In this document: one piece after another, positions 1-9,406 of the stretch
How the letters are laid out: every line of letters begins with the position of its first letter
How positions within the stretch are numbered: position 1 is the first letter of the stretch
NCBI GenBank assembly: GCA_963781705.1
Contig: CAWAGP010000010.1
Coordinates: 101,028 to 165,027 of the forward strand
Direction: 5' to 3'
DNA length: 64,000 nucleotides
Origin: an uncultured Chloroflexia bacterium
GTDB lineage: Bacteria > Chloroflexota > Limnocylindria > Limnocylindrales > CSP1-4
Program-made: the position numbers and the translations under genes
Notes under the pieces: model-generated
Told to the model about the DNA's origin: nothing
Database searches by the model: none
The model's input: only the letters and a program-made list of their open reading frames with translations

Positions 1-888
1 GCGCATATGACGGATGTGCTCCGGTGTGGTGCCGCAGCAGCCGCCGACGATGCGCGCGCCCGCGTCCAGGAAACGCGTCACCTCGGCGCCGAAGTATTCC
101 GGCCCGGCGGCGTACACGAACTGGCCCTCGATGCGTTGCGGCAGACCGGCGTTGGCCACGATCGAGCGCGCCAGCCCGGGCGAGGGGCGGCCCATCTGGG
201 CCAGGGCGTCGAGGCAGATCAGCGGTCCGCCGCCGCAGTTGACGCCCACGGCATCGACGCTCGCCGCGGCCAGCGCGGTGGCCGCCGTCTGCGGGCTGGT
301 GCCATCGATCGCGGTCAGATCCTCGCCGAAGGTCATCTGCGCGATGATCGGCAGGTCGGACAGCGATTGCGCCTCGGAGATACCCACCAGCAGCTCGGCC
401 AGGTCGCTGAAGGTCTCGAACAGCAGCACGTCGACGCCACCCTCGAGCAGGCCCTCGATCTGCTCGCGAAAAGCGGCGCGGATCTCGGCCTCGGAATAGC
501 GATCGGGTCCGTGGACGGGCGATTCGAGTGGTCCGATCGAGCCGGCCACGAGCACGTCGCGCCGCCCGGCCACGTCACGCGCTTCACGCGCCAACTGCGC
601 GGAGCGGCGGTTCAGCCGGGCAGCGGCGGCGGCCAGGCCATACGGCGCGAGGCGCAGGCGGTTGGCGCCGAACGAGTTCGTCTCGATCGCGTCGGCGCCC
701 GCCTCGATGTACTCGCGGTGGATGCTGCCGATCAGGTCGGGGCGCGCCTCGACGAGCTGGTCGAGAGGCGTCCGTTGGGGTACTCCCCGGCTGTACAGCA
801 AGGTGCCCATCGCGCCATCGAGCAGCAGCGGGGCGCGCGCCAGACGATCGGCGAACGCGCGGCGCGGCTGTGACGCGGTCTTCCCCAT
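1..888 (-). CDS. Homocysteine S-methyltransferase domain protein, partial (MetH N-terminal module or MmuM-like). The 3' end runs off the left window edge.
   Basis: Reverse-strand translation from ATG (rc of cat 886-888) reads MGKTASQPRRAFADRLARAPLLLDGAMGTLLY... and ends at the window edge with ...ARIVGGCCGTTPEHIRHMR. LLDGAMGT and GGCCGTTPEHI are the hallmark motifs of the Hcy-binding (Pfam S-methyl_trans) domain. Not listed in the ORF track because it is truncated. Confidence 0.75.
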   Translation of the reverse strand, partial: MGKTASQPRRAFADRLARAPLLLDGAMGTLLYSRGVPQRTPLDQLVEARPDLIGSIHREYIEAGADAIETNSFGANRLRLAPYGLAAAAARLNRRSAQLAREARDVAGRRDVLVAGSIGPLESPVHGPDRYSEAEIRAAFREQIEGLLEGGVDVLLFETFSDLAELLVGISEAQSLSDLPIIAQMTFGEDLTAIDGTSPQTAATALAAASVDAVGVNCGGGPLICLDALAQMGRPSPGLARSIVANAGLPQRIEGQFVYAAGPEYFGAEVTRFLDAGARIVGGCCGTTPEHIRHMR

Positions 889-955
889 CCCGTCACAAGG
901 TTACAGGCGCGTCATGGCTGCCAGCGAAGCGCTGCCTCGATCAGCTCCGCGCACG

Positions 956-1366
956 TCAGGCGCGCGGCGTGATCAACCGAACCAGTGCCAGCATGGTGGA
1001 GACGACGCTGACCACGAGGGAGGTCAGGAAGGCGGCGACGACGACGTCCACGCCAAACGCGCCGGTCGGCCAGCCGGCGAGCGTGAAGTCGAGCTTGAGT
1101 TGGTCGCTCACCAACGCCAGCAGCAACACCATGGCGATGTTGATGACGAACCCCACCAGGCCAAAGGTGAGCAGGTTGAGCGGCAGGCTGAGCAGCTTTG
1201 CGATCGGCCGCAGGTAGGCATTGATCACGCCGAAGAGCGCGGCGACGACCAGCAGGTGCCACCAATCGCCCTTGAAAGCGACGTTGGGCACGAGTTGCAC
1301 GGCAGCCATCAGCGCGACGGCGTTGATGACGATTCGGACCAGCAAATCGAACACGGCGCGCGTCAT
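956..1366 (-). CDS. Phage-holin-family 4-TM membrane protein (YvlD/DUF360-like)
   Basis: Internal ATG of track ORF 956..1693 gives MTRAVFDLLVRIVINAVALMAAVQLVPNVAFKGDWWHLLVVAALFGVINAYLRPIAKLLSLPLNLLTFGLVGFVINIAMVLLLALV... This is four hydrophobic helices in the typical holin superfamily IV arrangement. The upstream part of the track ORF is low-complexity and overlaps the DUF885 gene. Confidence 0.6.
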   Translation of the reverse strand: MTRAVFDLLVRIVINAVALMAAVQLVPNVAFKGDWWHLLVVAALFGVINAYLRPIAKLLSLPLNLLTFGLVGFVINIAMVLLLALVSDQLKLDFTLAGWPTGAFGVDVVVAAFLTSLVVSVVSTMLALVRLITPRA

Positions 1367-1423
1367 GCTACATCCGGGTCGCCGGGCTACGATGGGCCAC
1401 CGAGCGCACCAGGGAGGGCCCCG

Positions 1424-3247
1424 TTGACCGACGCTGCTCCGACAGGTTTCGAATCGCTGGCCGAGGACACGCGGCCAGAACCGCAGACACCGTTCGACTT
1501 CGCACTGCACCGGCTGCTCGACGATCTCTTTGCGGCCTACCCAACGTGGGCCACCCACGTTGGCTTTCATGCTCACGATGATCGCTGGCCGGATGTCAGA
1601 GTGACGGCGCGCGACGCGCGGCTGGCGATGCTGCGCCACCATCGAGCGCGGCTGCACGCGCTGGTCGACGACGAGCTGAGCGCGGCCGAGCACGTCGACC
1701 GGGGCATCACCCTCGACGCGATCGACGCGCTCGAGTTCAACGAGGCAGAGCTGCGCGAGTGGTCATGGGATCCGCTGGGCGTGGTGCACATCGCCGGCAG
1801 TGGCCTGTTCGATCTGCTGGCGCGCGAGTATGCACCGTGGCGCCACCGCGGCAGCGCCTTCGCCGGCCGTCTGCGCCTCCTGCCGGCTTTCCTGGAAGCA
1901 GCCGCCGAGGCACTCACCGGTTCGCCCGGCCGCCCGGTCTCGAGACTCCACACCGAAACCGCGCTGTCCCAGCTGGGCGGGGTCGGCGACCTGATCGATG
2001 AGGGCCTGGCCGAGGCGCAACGACATGAACGACTGGGTCTCGACGCGGACATAGCGGCTGACATACGCGTCGCAGCCGGCAGCGCGCGCGCGGGCGTTGC
2101 CGAATTCGGCCGTCGCCTGAGCGAGGAAATCGCGCCGCGCGCCGAGGGGGAGGGTCGGCTGGGCGCCGATCTCTTCGGGGCGAAGCTGCGCCACACGCTG
2201 TCGAGCGACCTGCCTTATGCGGAGCTCGAACGGCGCGCGCGGCGCGACTATGAGCTGGTCCGCACCGAGATGGCGCGTCTCGCGCGCGCCGCGTGGTCGA
2301 CCTGGCTGCCCGATGAGGACCTGCCCAGCGCCGACGACGAGATCACCCGGCGCGTTCTCGATGTCATTGCCCGCGACCATCCGCACGCCCCCGAGCTGCT
2401 TGACTGGTGCACCGCGGAGGTTCGCCGGCTGGAGCAGTTCTGCGCCGAACGCAACGTGATCGGCCTGCCCGACGAACCCTTGACGCTGACCTGGACGCCC
2501 GTGTTCATGCGTGCCTACGGCGGCGCGTTCCTCGATTCGCCGGGGCCGCTCGACAAGGGCCTGTCGAGCTACTTCTGGATCACGCCGCCCGACGAGCACG
2601 CCGACCCGGCCGACGTCGAGTCGTACCTGCGCGAGGACAACTCGCGCATGCTGCGGCTCCTGTGCATCCACGAGGGCGTGCCCGGCCACTACCTGCAGGG
2701 CGCGTGGGCGAATCGGACACCCAACCTGGTCCGCTCGGTCTTCGGCAGCGGCACGTTCGCCGAGGGCTGGGCCGTCTACGTAACCCAGGTGATGATGGAC
2801 CTCGGCTACGGCGAACACGAGCCGGCGCTCATGCTCCAGCACTGGAAGTTCTACCTGCGCGCGATAACCAACGCGATCATGGACGTGGCCATCCATACCG
2901 GCGGTATGACCGAGGAGCAGGCAATGGCGTTGATGGTCGGTGGCGGCTTCCAGGAAGAGCACGAGGCGCACGCCAAGTGGCTGCGCGCGCGGCTGACCGC
3001 GACCCAGCTGTCGACCTACTACCTGGGCTCGCTCGAGCTGTGGGACCTGGAGCAACTGGCGCGCCGGCGAGCGGCACTGGCGGCTGGAGTCGGCGGGCAG
3101 GCAGTGCCCGACCTGCGCATCGCCGGCGGCCTGGATCCGACGCCTGGTTTCGACTACCGCGCCTACCTCGAATCGGCCCTTTCGCACGGGACGCCGCCGA
3201 TCAAGTGGCTGCGGCGGGTGCTGCTCGGCGAGGCGGCGGGCAACTGA
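1424..3247 (+). CDS. DUF885 family protein (putative HExxH-type metallopeptidase fold)
   Basis: C-terminal motif CIHEGVPGHYLQ (DUF885 HExxPGH signature) and about 600 aa of conserved length. The track ORF starts at 662 but that extension overlaps the holin gene on the other strand. The likely start is TTG 1424, preceded by GGGAGGG (1410-1416). Confidence 0.7.
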   Translation: MTDAAPTGFESLAEDTRPEPQTPFDFALHRLLDDLFAAYPTWATHVGFHAHDDRWPDVRVTARDARLAMLRHHRARLHALVDDELSAAEHVDRGITLDAIDALEFNEAELREWSWDPLGVVHIAGSGLFDLLAREYAPWRHRGSAFAGRLRLLPAFLEAAAEALTGSPGRPVSRLHTETALSQLGGVGDLIDEGLAEAQRHERLGLDADIAADIRVAAGSARAGVAEFGRRLSEEIAPRAEGEGRLGADLFGAKLRHTLSSDLPYAELERRARRDYELVRTEMARLARAAWSTWLPDEDLPSADDEITRRVLDVIARDHPHAPELLDWCTAEVRRLEQFCAERNVIGLPDEPLTLTWTPVFMRAYGGAFLDSPGPLDKGLSSYFWITPPDEHADPADVESYLREDNSRMLRLLCIHEGVPGHYLQGAWANRTPNLVRSVFGSGTFAEGWAVYVTQVMMDLGYGEHEPALMLQHWKFYLRAITNAIMDVAIHTGGMTEEQAMALMVGGGFQEEHEAHAKWLRARLTATQLSTYYLGSLELWDLEQLARRRAALAAGVGGQAVPDLRIAGGLDPTPGFDYRAYLESALSHGTPPIKWLRRVLLGEAAGN

Positions 3248-3248
3248 G

Positions 3249-4130
3249 ATGGACTTTGGCCTGATCCTGCCCAGCTACCGCGCCGGGGCGACGACCGAAT
3301 CGATCGACGCCGGCGCCGAGACGGCAGCACGGCTGGGCTGGCACTCGGTCTTCACTACCGACCACATCCTGGTCAACCCGTCGGCGCGGGCCGAGGACTA
3401 CTACAACATCTTTGACGCGCTGCTCACGCTGCCGCATGTCGCGGCGCGACAGCCTTCATTGCGCGTCGGCATCAGCGTGCTGGTCGTTCCGATGCGCAAC
3501 GCCGTGGTGCTGGCCAAGGAACTGGCCACCATCGACGCCCTGTCGGGCGGGCGACTGATCCTGGGCGTAGGCGTCGGCTGGAACGAGGCCGAGTTCGCCA
3601 ACGTCGGCGCGAGTCGCGTCTTCCATCGACGCGGTGCCTACCTGGACGAGTCGATCGCCCTGTGGCGTCACCTGTGGAGCGGCAGTCAAGACCCGTTCGA
3701 CGGCCGCTTCCACAGTTTCGCGCAGGTCCGTTTCGCGCCGCTCCCGCCACAGGGCGCCGACCTGCCCATCTGGGTCGGCGGCGCGCACGAAGCGACGCTG
3801 CGGCGCGCTGGGCGGCTGGCGCAGGGTTATCACGCGACCGCGTCGGGCCCGGCTCAGCTTGCGCCGCGCATCCCCGTCATCCGGGCTGCCGCCGAGCAGG
3901 CGGGCCGACCGATGCCGCGTCTCTCAGCACGCGTTCGCGTGGCCTTTGGGCCGCACGAGGCGGCCTCCTACATGCTGGCCGGCACGTCCGAGCAGATGGC
4001 CCAGGACGTCCGCTCGTTTGCCGACCTGGGCGTCGACCACCTGGCGCTCGACTTCGCCGTGACCGACCCGGAGGAATTGGGCCGGCTGATGGCGCGCTTC
4101 GACGACGAGGTTGTCGCCGCCGTCCGATGA
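3249..4130 (+). CDS. LLM-class (luciferase-like) F420/flavin-dependent oxidoreductase
   Basis: MDFGLILPSY...GWHSVFTTDH...GGRLILGVGVGWNEAEF... is the typical LLM TIM-barrel N-terminus, and the size (293 aa) fits. Confidence 0.7.
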   Translation: MDFGLILPSYRAGATTESIDAGAETAARLGWHSVFTTDHILVNPSARAEDYYNIFDALLTLPHVAARQPSLRVGISVLVVPMRNAVVLAKELATIDALSGGRLILGVGVGWNEAEFANVGASRVFHRRGAYLDESIALWRHLWSGSQDPFDGRFHSFAQVRFAPLPPQGADLPIWVGGAHEATLRRAGRLAQGYHATASGPAQLAPRIPVIRAAAEQAGRPMPRLSARVRVAFGPHEAASYMLAGTSEQMAQDVRSFADLGVDHLALDFAVTDPEELGRLMARFDDEVVAAVR

Positions 4131-4987
4131 GCGACGACGCGCCGGTCCAGCCGCCCCACCGGCCGGCGACGGCCCGTCCGCGCAGCGACGCCGGCGGAGA
4201 GGTCCAGCCGCCGACGGCCGCTGAGCTGACGGCCATCGAGCGTCAGCACTCGCAGCTGTCCGAGCAGGCCGGCGCGACCATCACCCGCGACGATGAGCTG
4301 GGAGTGACATGGGCCCGCTTCGGGCGCGGCCCGGCGCTCGACTACGCAGCCAGTCCTGACTGGCCGAGTCATGAGCACGCGGCGCGCCTTGCCCGGCTGG
4401 TGGCACGCATGCGCGCCGCCGATGCGTGGCCGACCCTGATCGTGGAGGACAACTCTGTGGAGCGGGCGGAGCTCCGGCTGGTGCTGGAGAGCGCCGGCTG
4501 GCTGCCCGTCGCCACCGAGCGGATCATGTTCACCAGGCACGCCGCGGTGGTCCCGCACCTCGATGCCGAGTTGCGCGTCGAAGCGGTCACGCCGGCGTCG
4601 GCGGCCGATTGCGTGCGCCTCGAGACCCACGTCTTCGGGCTGCCCACCGAACACGTCACGCGGCGCATCCAGCGCCTGACCGACGACGTCCACTCCGGCC
4701 GCGTACGGGCGTTCGTGTTGCGCCTCGTCCGTGAGCCACTCGCCAGCGCGCGGCTGACACCGGGTCGCGGCGTAGCCGCGCTCAGCGCTGTGGGCGTTGC
4801 CGAGCGCCACCGCCGGCGCGGCTACGGCCGCATGATCACCGCTGTCGCCAGCCGCGCCGGTCTGGCCACCGGGCACAAGCTCGTGTGGCTATCGGTTGAG
4901 GAGGCCAACCCCGCTGCGGTTAGCCTGTATCGCGGCCTGGGCTTCGAACCTTCCTTCGCCTGGTCGCGCTGGATCTCGCCCGCCTAG
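4127..4987 (+). CDS. GNAT family N-acetyltransferase
   Basis: The ATG at 4127 overlaps the LLM stop (ATGA). The C-terminal VGVAERHRRRGYGRMITAVASRAG...LYRGLGFEP is the acetyl-CoA-binding motif A (R/Q-x-x-G-x-G/A). Confidence 0.6.
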   Translation: MSDDAPVQPPHRPATARPRSDAGGEVQPPTAAELTAIERQHSQLSEQAGATITRDDELGVTWARFGRGPALDYAASPDWPSHEHAARLARLVARMRAADAWPTLIVEDNSVERAELRLVLESAGWLPVATERIMFTRHAAVVPHLDAELRVEAVTPASAADCVRLETHVFGLPTEHVTRRIQRLTDDVHSGRVRAFVLRLVREPLASARLTPGRGVAALSAVGVAERHRRRGYGRMITAVASRAGLATGHKLVWLSVEEANPAAVSLYRGLGFEPSFAWSRWISPA

Positions 4988-7080
4988 ACGCGCTGCTCGG
5001 CGGCCGACCGGTCGTGCCGCTGCTCAAACGTGAAGCGCAGCGCGAAGGTGGCAGCTTCACCCGGACCCAGCAACAGCGGCCAGCGGTAGATCAGGCACGA
5101 ACCCTGGTAGACGCGTTCGAAGCCGGCCTCCGAGTTGGAGACGGTGTCGACCGGATGCCACTCGGCTGGCGCCGCGGGCTCCGCGACGGCGCGCAGCGCG
5201 ACTTCCTCGTATTCGTTGCCGAAGGCCAGTTCAAGGCCAGCCACGGCCGCGCCGGCCGAGTCGTGGCGCGCCTCGTTGTCGGCCCAGCGGTAGTACGCCG
5301 CCGGGTTGCCGCCGCCGCCCAGCAGGTTGATGTTCCATTCAAGCTCCAGTGAGCCGTCCAGGGCCCCTGCGTCTTCGTTGAGCACCTCGACCGTGACGCT
5401 CAACGATCCCTCGCGGCGGCCGCCGTCGAGGCCGATCGTCTTGCGCAGCGCGAGGCCATCGGCCCGTCGCCGGACGATCAACTCTGACGCGCTGGCTTGC
5501 TCCACTTCCCAGTTGCCGTTGACGAAGTCGCCGAGCTCGCGCTGCCGCCCGTGGCCGGCCGACACGCGCACCAGTCCGCTGCGCCGCTCGTGGTCGTCGT
5601 AGGCGAGGTAGCGCCCGAGGCCGCTCTCCTTGACGGTCATCTGTTCATGCGGGCTGAGCGACTCGCCGGCGCTGGTTCGGCCGAGCGCCTCAGCGTCCAT
5701 CTCCCTGAGCGTTTCGTGGTACGCCTCCGGTCGACGCCGCATCACCGATGCGAGCGCGACGCGACCGGCGCGCAGATCCCAGGAACCGATGCCCGCGCCG
5801 TCGCCCGGATCGACCAGCACCGTCTGTCCCTCGGTACCGAGCAGCACCTCCTCGACGCCATCGAGGTCATAGTCCGCGACACCGTGCAGCGGCCGGCCGC
5901 CACTGGCCAGGTCCTCGGCGGCGATCAGCTCCGCCAGCGTCGCCATGCGCATGTGCACGATGTAGATGCCGCCGAAAAGGCCGTGCCAGTAGCAGTCGTT
6001 CGACTGGCCGCGATACAAGTGGTCGAGCGCCCGCTCGCGCAGTGCGCCGTCCGGCAGCGCGTCGACTGCTGCCGATGCGCGCAGCATCTGCTTCTCGAGG
6101 TCGTTGACTTCGCGGTAACGGGCCTGGAAGTTGCGCCACAGCCCACCGCGCAGGAAGCGCGCAGCCGGCGAATTTGCCGCGACGGCATCGTCGATCAGGT
6201 GATGAAATGTGTTCGCTTCGTATGGCGGCAGCGCCCACTCGCTCATCTCGATGTACGAACTCGTGGGCACGTAGATGCGGCCGATCGGTGCATTGCCGGC
6301 CAGCCAATCGGACGGCGTGACGGTCGTCAGCCAATCGGCATTCAGGTCGAGCGCGCTGAAGCATTCCTCGATCCAGCCACCCTCGCCCCAGCACAACTCG
6401 TGCGTGCCCGGCCAGGCGCCGAACTTCTCGCCATCGTCGCCCATCACGCCCAGCCGATCGCCCTCCTCGGTCGCGGCCGCGCGGAGGTAGTCGATCAACT
6501 CGGGCACCGGCCGCCACGGGATGCGGTAGCGCAGCCCTTTCTCCGTGCCGAAAATGGTCAGGCGGCGGCCCTGGTCGTCGGTCGTGTACGGACCCCACAT
6601 GGCGTCCTCCGGCACCGACGCGCCACGCAGGTGGTTATCGTCGAGCACGGTGTAGCGATAGCCGGCGCCGGCGAGGTCGAACGGCAGGGACGGCTCCCAC
6701 ACTCGTTCGGCCAGCCACGCACCCGCGGGCGGCGCGCCGAAGCGCCGGGCCAGGTCGTCGCGCATGAGTGCCAGCTGGCCGTGCCGGTCGCGTTCGGGCA
6801 GACCGACCAGGATCGGCTCGAACTGGCCGCCGCCGAGAATCTCCACCTGGCGGCGGTCGACCAGTGCGCGCAGCCGCTCGATCGCGGTGGGCCGGTTCGC
6901 GTCAAGCCACTCGAGCAGCGGCCCCGAGTAATGAAGACCCATCCGTACTCGTGGATGGCGCTCGAGGGCGCCGATCAGCGGCTCATACGCGCGGCGATAG
7001 ACGTCCTCGATCACCCAGCCGAAGTTGCCGACCGGCTGGTGATTGTGGGTCACCAGAGCCAGCGCGATTCGCCTGGTCAT
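4984..7080 (-). CDS. Glycoside hydrolase family 57 protein (alpha-amylase / 4-alpha-glucanotransferase-like)
   Basis: MTRRIALALVTHNHQPVGNF... is the GH57 region-I signature (HNHQP). The roughly 700 aa length with a long C-terminal region is typical of GH57 glucanotransferases. The start was chosen at the internal ATG (rc cat 7078-7080) because the upstream 130 aa are Arg/Gly-rich junk. Confidence 0.75.
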   Translation of the reverse strand: MTRRIALALVTHNHQPVGNFGWVIEDVYRRAYEPLIGALERHPRVRMGLHYSGPLLEWLDANRPTAIERLRALVDRRQVEILGGGQFEPILVGLPERDRHGQLALMRDDLARRFGAPPAGAWLAERVWEPSLPFDLAGAGYRYTVLDDNHLRGASVPEDAMWGPYTTDDQGRRLTIFGTEKGLRYRIPWRPVPELIDYLRAAATEEGDRLGVMGDDGEKFGAWPGTHELCWGEGGWIEECFSALDLNADWLTTVTPSDWLAGNAPIGRIYVPTSSYIEMSEWALPPYEANTFHHLIDDAVAANSPAARFLRGGLWRNFQARYREVNDLEKQMLRASAAVDALPDGALRERALDHLYRGQSNDCYWHGLFGGIYIVHMRMATLAELIAAEDLASGGRPLHGVADYDLDGVEEVLLGTEGQTVLVDPGDGAGIGSWDLRAGRVALASVMRRRPEAYHETLREMDAEALGRTSAGESLSPHEQMTVKESGLGRYLAYDDHERRSGLVRVSAGHGRQRELGDFVNGNWEVEQASASELIVRRRADGLALRKTIGLDGGRREGSLSVTVEVLNEDAGALDGSLELEWNINLLGGGGNPAAYYRWADNEARHDSAGAAVAGLELAFGNEYEEVALRAVAEPAAPAEWHPVDTVSNSEAGFERVYQGSCLIYRWPLLLGPGEAATFALRFTFEQRHDRSAAEQRV

Positions 7081-7118
7081 GCCGAGCTGTCTCCGGGAAC
7101 GATGTGCCGGGGCGGTCG

Positions 7119-9317
7119 CTAGCCGCGTGTCCTGGTCGCGCCGCCGGCCGCGGCGACCGTGCGCCGCCGCGCACGTGCCGGAGTCTTCAGCTGCTGGGAC
7201 GCGGGGACGTAGAGCTCCTCGACGTACTGGCGCAGCATCCTGCTCGTCGAGAACTGCCAGATGGAGCTGGCCATCGCCTCTTTCATCATCGCCAGCCAGC
7301 GCCGCGGCAGGCCGGCCTGATCGCGCTCGTAGTAGGCCGCGGTGATCTCGTTCTCGAGCAGGCGATAGAGGTCCTGTGCGTCGGCCCAGTCCTGTGCCCC
7401 TTCGTCGGCGTTCTGCTCGCGGCTGCCGATCGCCCAGCCGTTGCGGCCGTTGTAGCCCTCGTCCCACCAGCCATCGAGGACCGACACATTGGTCACGCCG
7501 TTCATGGCGCCCTTCATGCCGCTGGTGCCCGACGCCTCGAGTGGCCGGCGCGGGGTGTTCAGCCAGACGTCGACGCCCTGGACCAGGTAGCGCCCGACTC
7601 GTATGTCGTAGTCCTCGAGCACGAACACCCGGTTGGCGAACTTGGGCGACCGGCTGCGAGTGAAGATGTCCTGGATCACCCGCTGGCCGGGCCGGTCGGC
7701 CGGGTGGGCCTTGCCGGCAAACACGATCTGCACCGGGCGCTGCTCATGAAGCAGGATCCGCGCGAGGCGCTCCTCGTCGGAGAAGATCAGCGCCGCGCGT
7801 TTGTACGTCGCGAAGCGCCGCGCGAAGCCGATCGTCAGAACGTCCTGGTCGAGCGCCGAAGCCAGCGCCTCGAGCAGGCTGGGCAATTCGCCGTGGCGGG
7901 CGAACTGCGAGGTCAGCCGGCGACGGCAGAAGAAAGCCAGCTCGAGCTTCTGGCGCCGGTGCGCCTCCCACAGCTCACCGTCGGGCAGGTCTGAGATCTT
8001 CTTCCAGAACGGCTTCTCCTCTGGATCGAGGTTGTCCAGGTCGCCGCCGAGCTGCTGGTACAGGCGCCGGAAAGGCTCTCCCACCCAGCTCGGCGGGTGA
8101 ACGCCGTTGGTGATCCCGAGGATCGGCTTGTCGACCACCGCGCTCCAGGTCGCATTGGCCGTCTGGGCGTGCAGCTGGCTGACCGCGTTGGCGCCCTCTG
8201 TCTCGCGCAGCGAGAAGGCGGTCATGTCGAACTGGTCAGCGTCGTTGTCCGCGCCGCGGCCAAGGGCGAGGATGCGCTCCATGTCCAGGCCGGTTCCTTC
8301 GCCGAGCGGTGCCGCCAGCCGGCGCACCAGCGCGGCGTCGAAGCGCTCATTGCCCGCCGACACGGGCGTGTGGATGGTGAACACGGCGTTGCGCTTGACC
8401 TGCTCGAGCGCCTGATCGAGCGACTGCCCGCCGGCCGCGAACTCGCGCGCGCGCTCGACGAGCATGAACGCCGAATGGCCCTCGTTGAGATGCCATGCCG
8501 TCGGCTCGATCTTGAGCGCGCGCAGCGCGCGCACGCCACCGACGCCGAGCACGATCTCCTGGTGCAGGCGCATCTCCCGGCCGCGCACGTACAGGATGTG
8601 GGTGATCGGCCGGTCGGCTTCGTCGTTCTCGGGAATATCCGTGTCGAGCAGCAGCAGCGGCACCCGTCCCACCTGGGCCAGCCACACGCCGCACCACACC
8701 TTGCGCCCGGGCAGGTCGACGTCGATGCGCAGCGGATCGCCGTCGGGGCCCATCACCTGGCGCAGCGGGAGACGCGTCGGGTCGTAGTCGGGGTAGGCGT
8801 GCTCCTGGTGGCCGTCGGCGTCGATCGTCTGGCGGAAGTAGCCGTGGCGATAGAAGAGGCCGACCGCGACGAACGAGACGGCCATGTCCGACGCCGCCTT
8901 CAGGTGGTCGCCGGCGAGGACACCCAGGCCGCCGGAGTAGATGCCCAGTGATTCGTGCAGGCCGTATTCGGCGCAGAAGTAGGCGATGGGTCCGTCGAAC
9001 TCCTTGGCGTGCTCGCGCGTGAACCAATGGCCGGCGCCGTTCTCCATGTACCGGTCGAAACCGTCCAGCAGCGTGCGGTACTCGGCCATCAGGTCGATGT
9101 CGGACAGGATGACCGACCAATCGCGGTGGGCCTGCAGCAGGGGCACCGGGTTGCGATAGCGCAACCAGCCGGTGGCATCGACACGGCGGAATAGAACGCG
9201 CACCCGCGGATGCCACACCCAGTAGAAGTTGTAGGCCAGGCGCTGGAGGCCTTCAAGTTGGGCGGGTAGCCGCAGGTCTGCCGGTGGCAGCGTGGAAATT
9301 TCGATCCTGCGTGGCAA
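7119..9317 (-). CDS. glgP: Alpha-glucan (glycogen/maltodextrin) phosphorylase, GT35 short form
   Basis: N-terminal LAYNFYWVWHPRVRVLF (DUF3417-like) plus ...FAGKAHPADRPGQRVIQ...TSGMKGAMNG... (PLP-Lys region). TTG start at 9317. Confidence 0.85.
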   Translation of the reverse strand: MPRRIEISTLPPADLRLPAQLEGLQRLAYNFYWVWHPRVRVLFRRVDATGWLRYRNPVPLLQAHRDWSVILSDIDLMAEYRTLLDGFDRYMENGAGHWFTREHAKEFDGPIAYFCAEYGLHESLGIYSGGLGVLAGDHLKAASDMAVSFVAVGLFYRHGYFRQTIDADGHQEHAYPDYDPTRLPLRQVMGPDGDPLRIDVDLPGRKVWCGVWLAQVGRVPLLLLDTDIPENDEADRPITHILYVRGREMRLHQEIVLGVGGVRALRALKIEPTAWHLNEGHSAFMLVERAREFAAGGQSLDQALEQVKRNAVFTIHTPVSAGNERFDAALVRRLAAPLGEGTGLDMERILALGRGADNDADQFDMTAFSLRETEGANAVSQLHAQTANATWSAVVDKPILGITNGVHPPSWVGEPFRRLYQQLGGDLDNLDPEEKPFWKKISDLPDGELWEAHRRQKLELAFFCRRRLTSQFARHGELPSLLEALASALDQDVLTIGFARRFATYKRAALIFSDEERLARILLHEQRPVQIVFAGKAHPADRPGQRVIQDIFTRSRSPKFANRVFVLEDYDIRVGRYLVQGVDVWLNTPRRPLEASGTSGMKGAMNGVTNVSVLDGWWDEGYNGRNGWAIGSREQNADEGAQDWADAQDLYRLLENEITAAYYERDQAGLPRRWLAMMKEAMASSIWQFSTSRMLRQYVEELYVPASQQLKTPARARRRTVAAAGGATRTRG

Positions 9318-9406
9318 GGTGGACCCGATGCTACAGGACCTCCGAGTCGACCGTGGACCTGTTCAGCCGGAGGTCGGCCAGCAGCCGCACGCTAGCATTC
9401 GCGGCC

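Noticed and set aside
7-873. 288-aa plus-strand ORF and many other long ORFs in the track (e.g. 1763..3187-, 5497..7122+, 8097..8951+, 9392..10756-, 15049..15843+, 16452..17579-, 21910..22815-, 23441..24511-, 55024..56205-)
   Set aside because: They are Arg/Ala/Gly/Pro-rich, low-complexity translations lying antisense or out-of-frame to genes with clear family signatures. Shadow ORFs of this kind are expected in a roughly 70% GC genome.
956-1366. Prophage signal from the holin-family gene
   Set aside because: It is a single gene with no lysin, terminase, capsid or integrase nearby. This family is widespread as a chromosomal membrane protein in Actinobacteria.
662-1423. N-terminal 250-aa extension of the DUF885 ORF
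   Set aside because: It overlaps the holin-family gene on the opposite strand and is compositionally junk. A TTG with a good SD at 1424 gives a protein of canonical DUF885 length.
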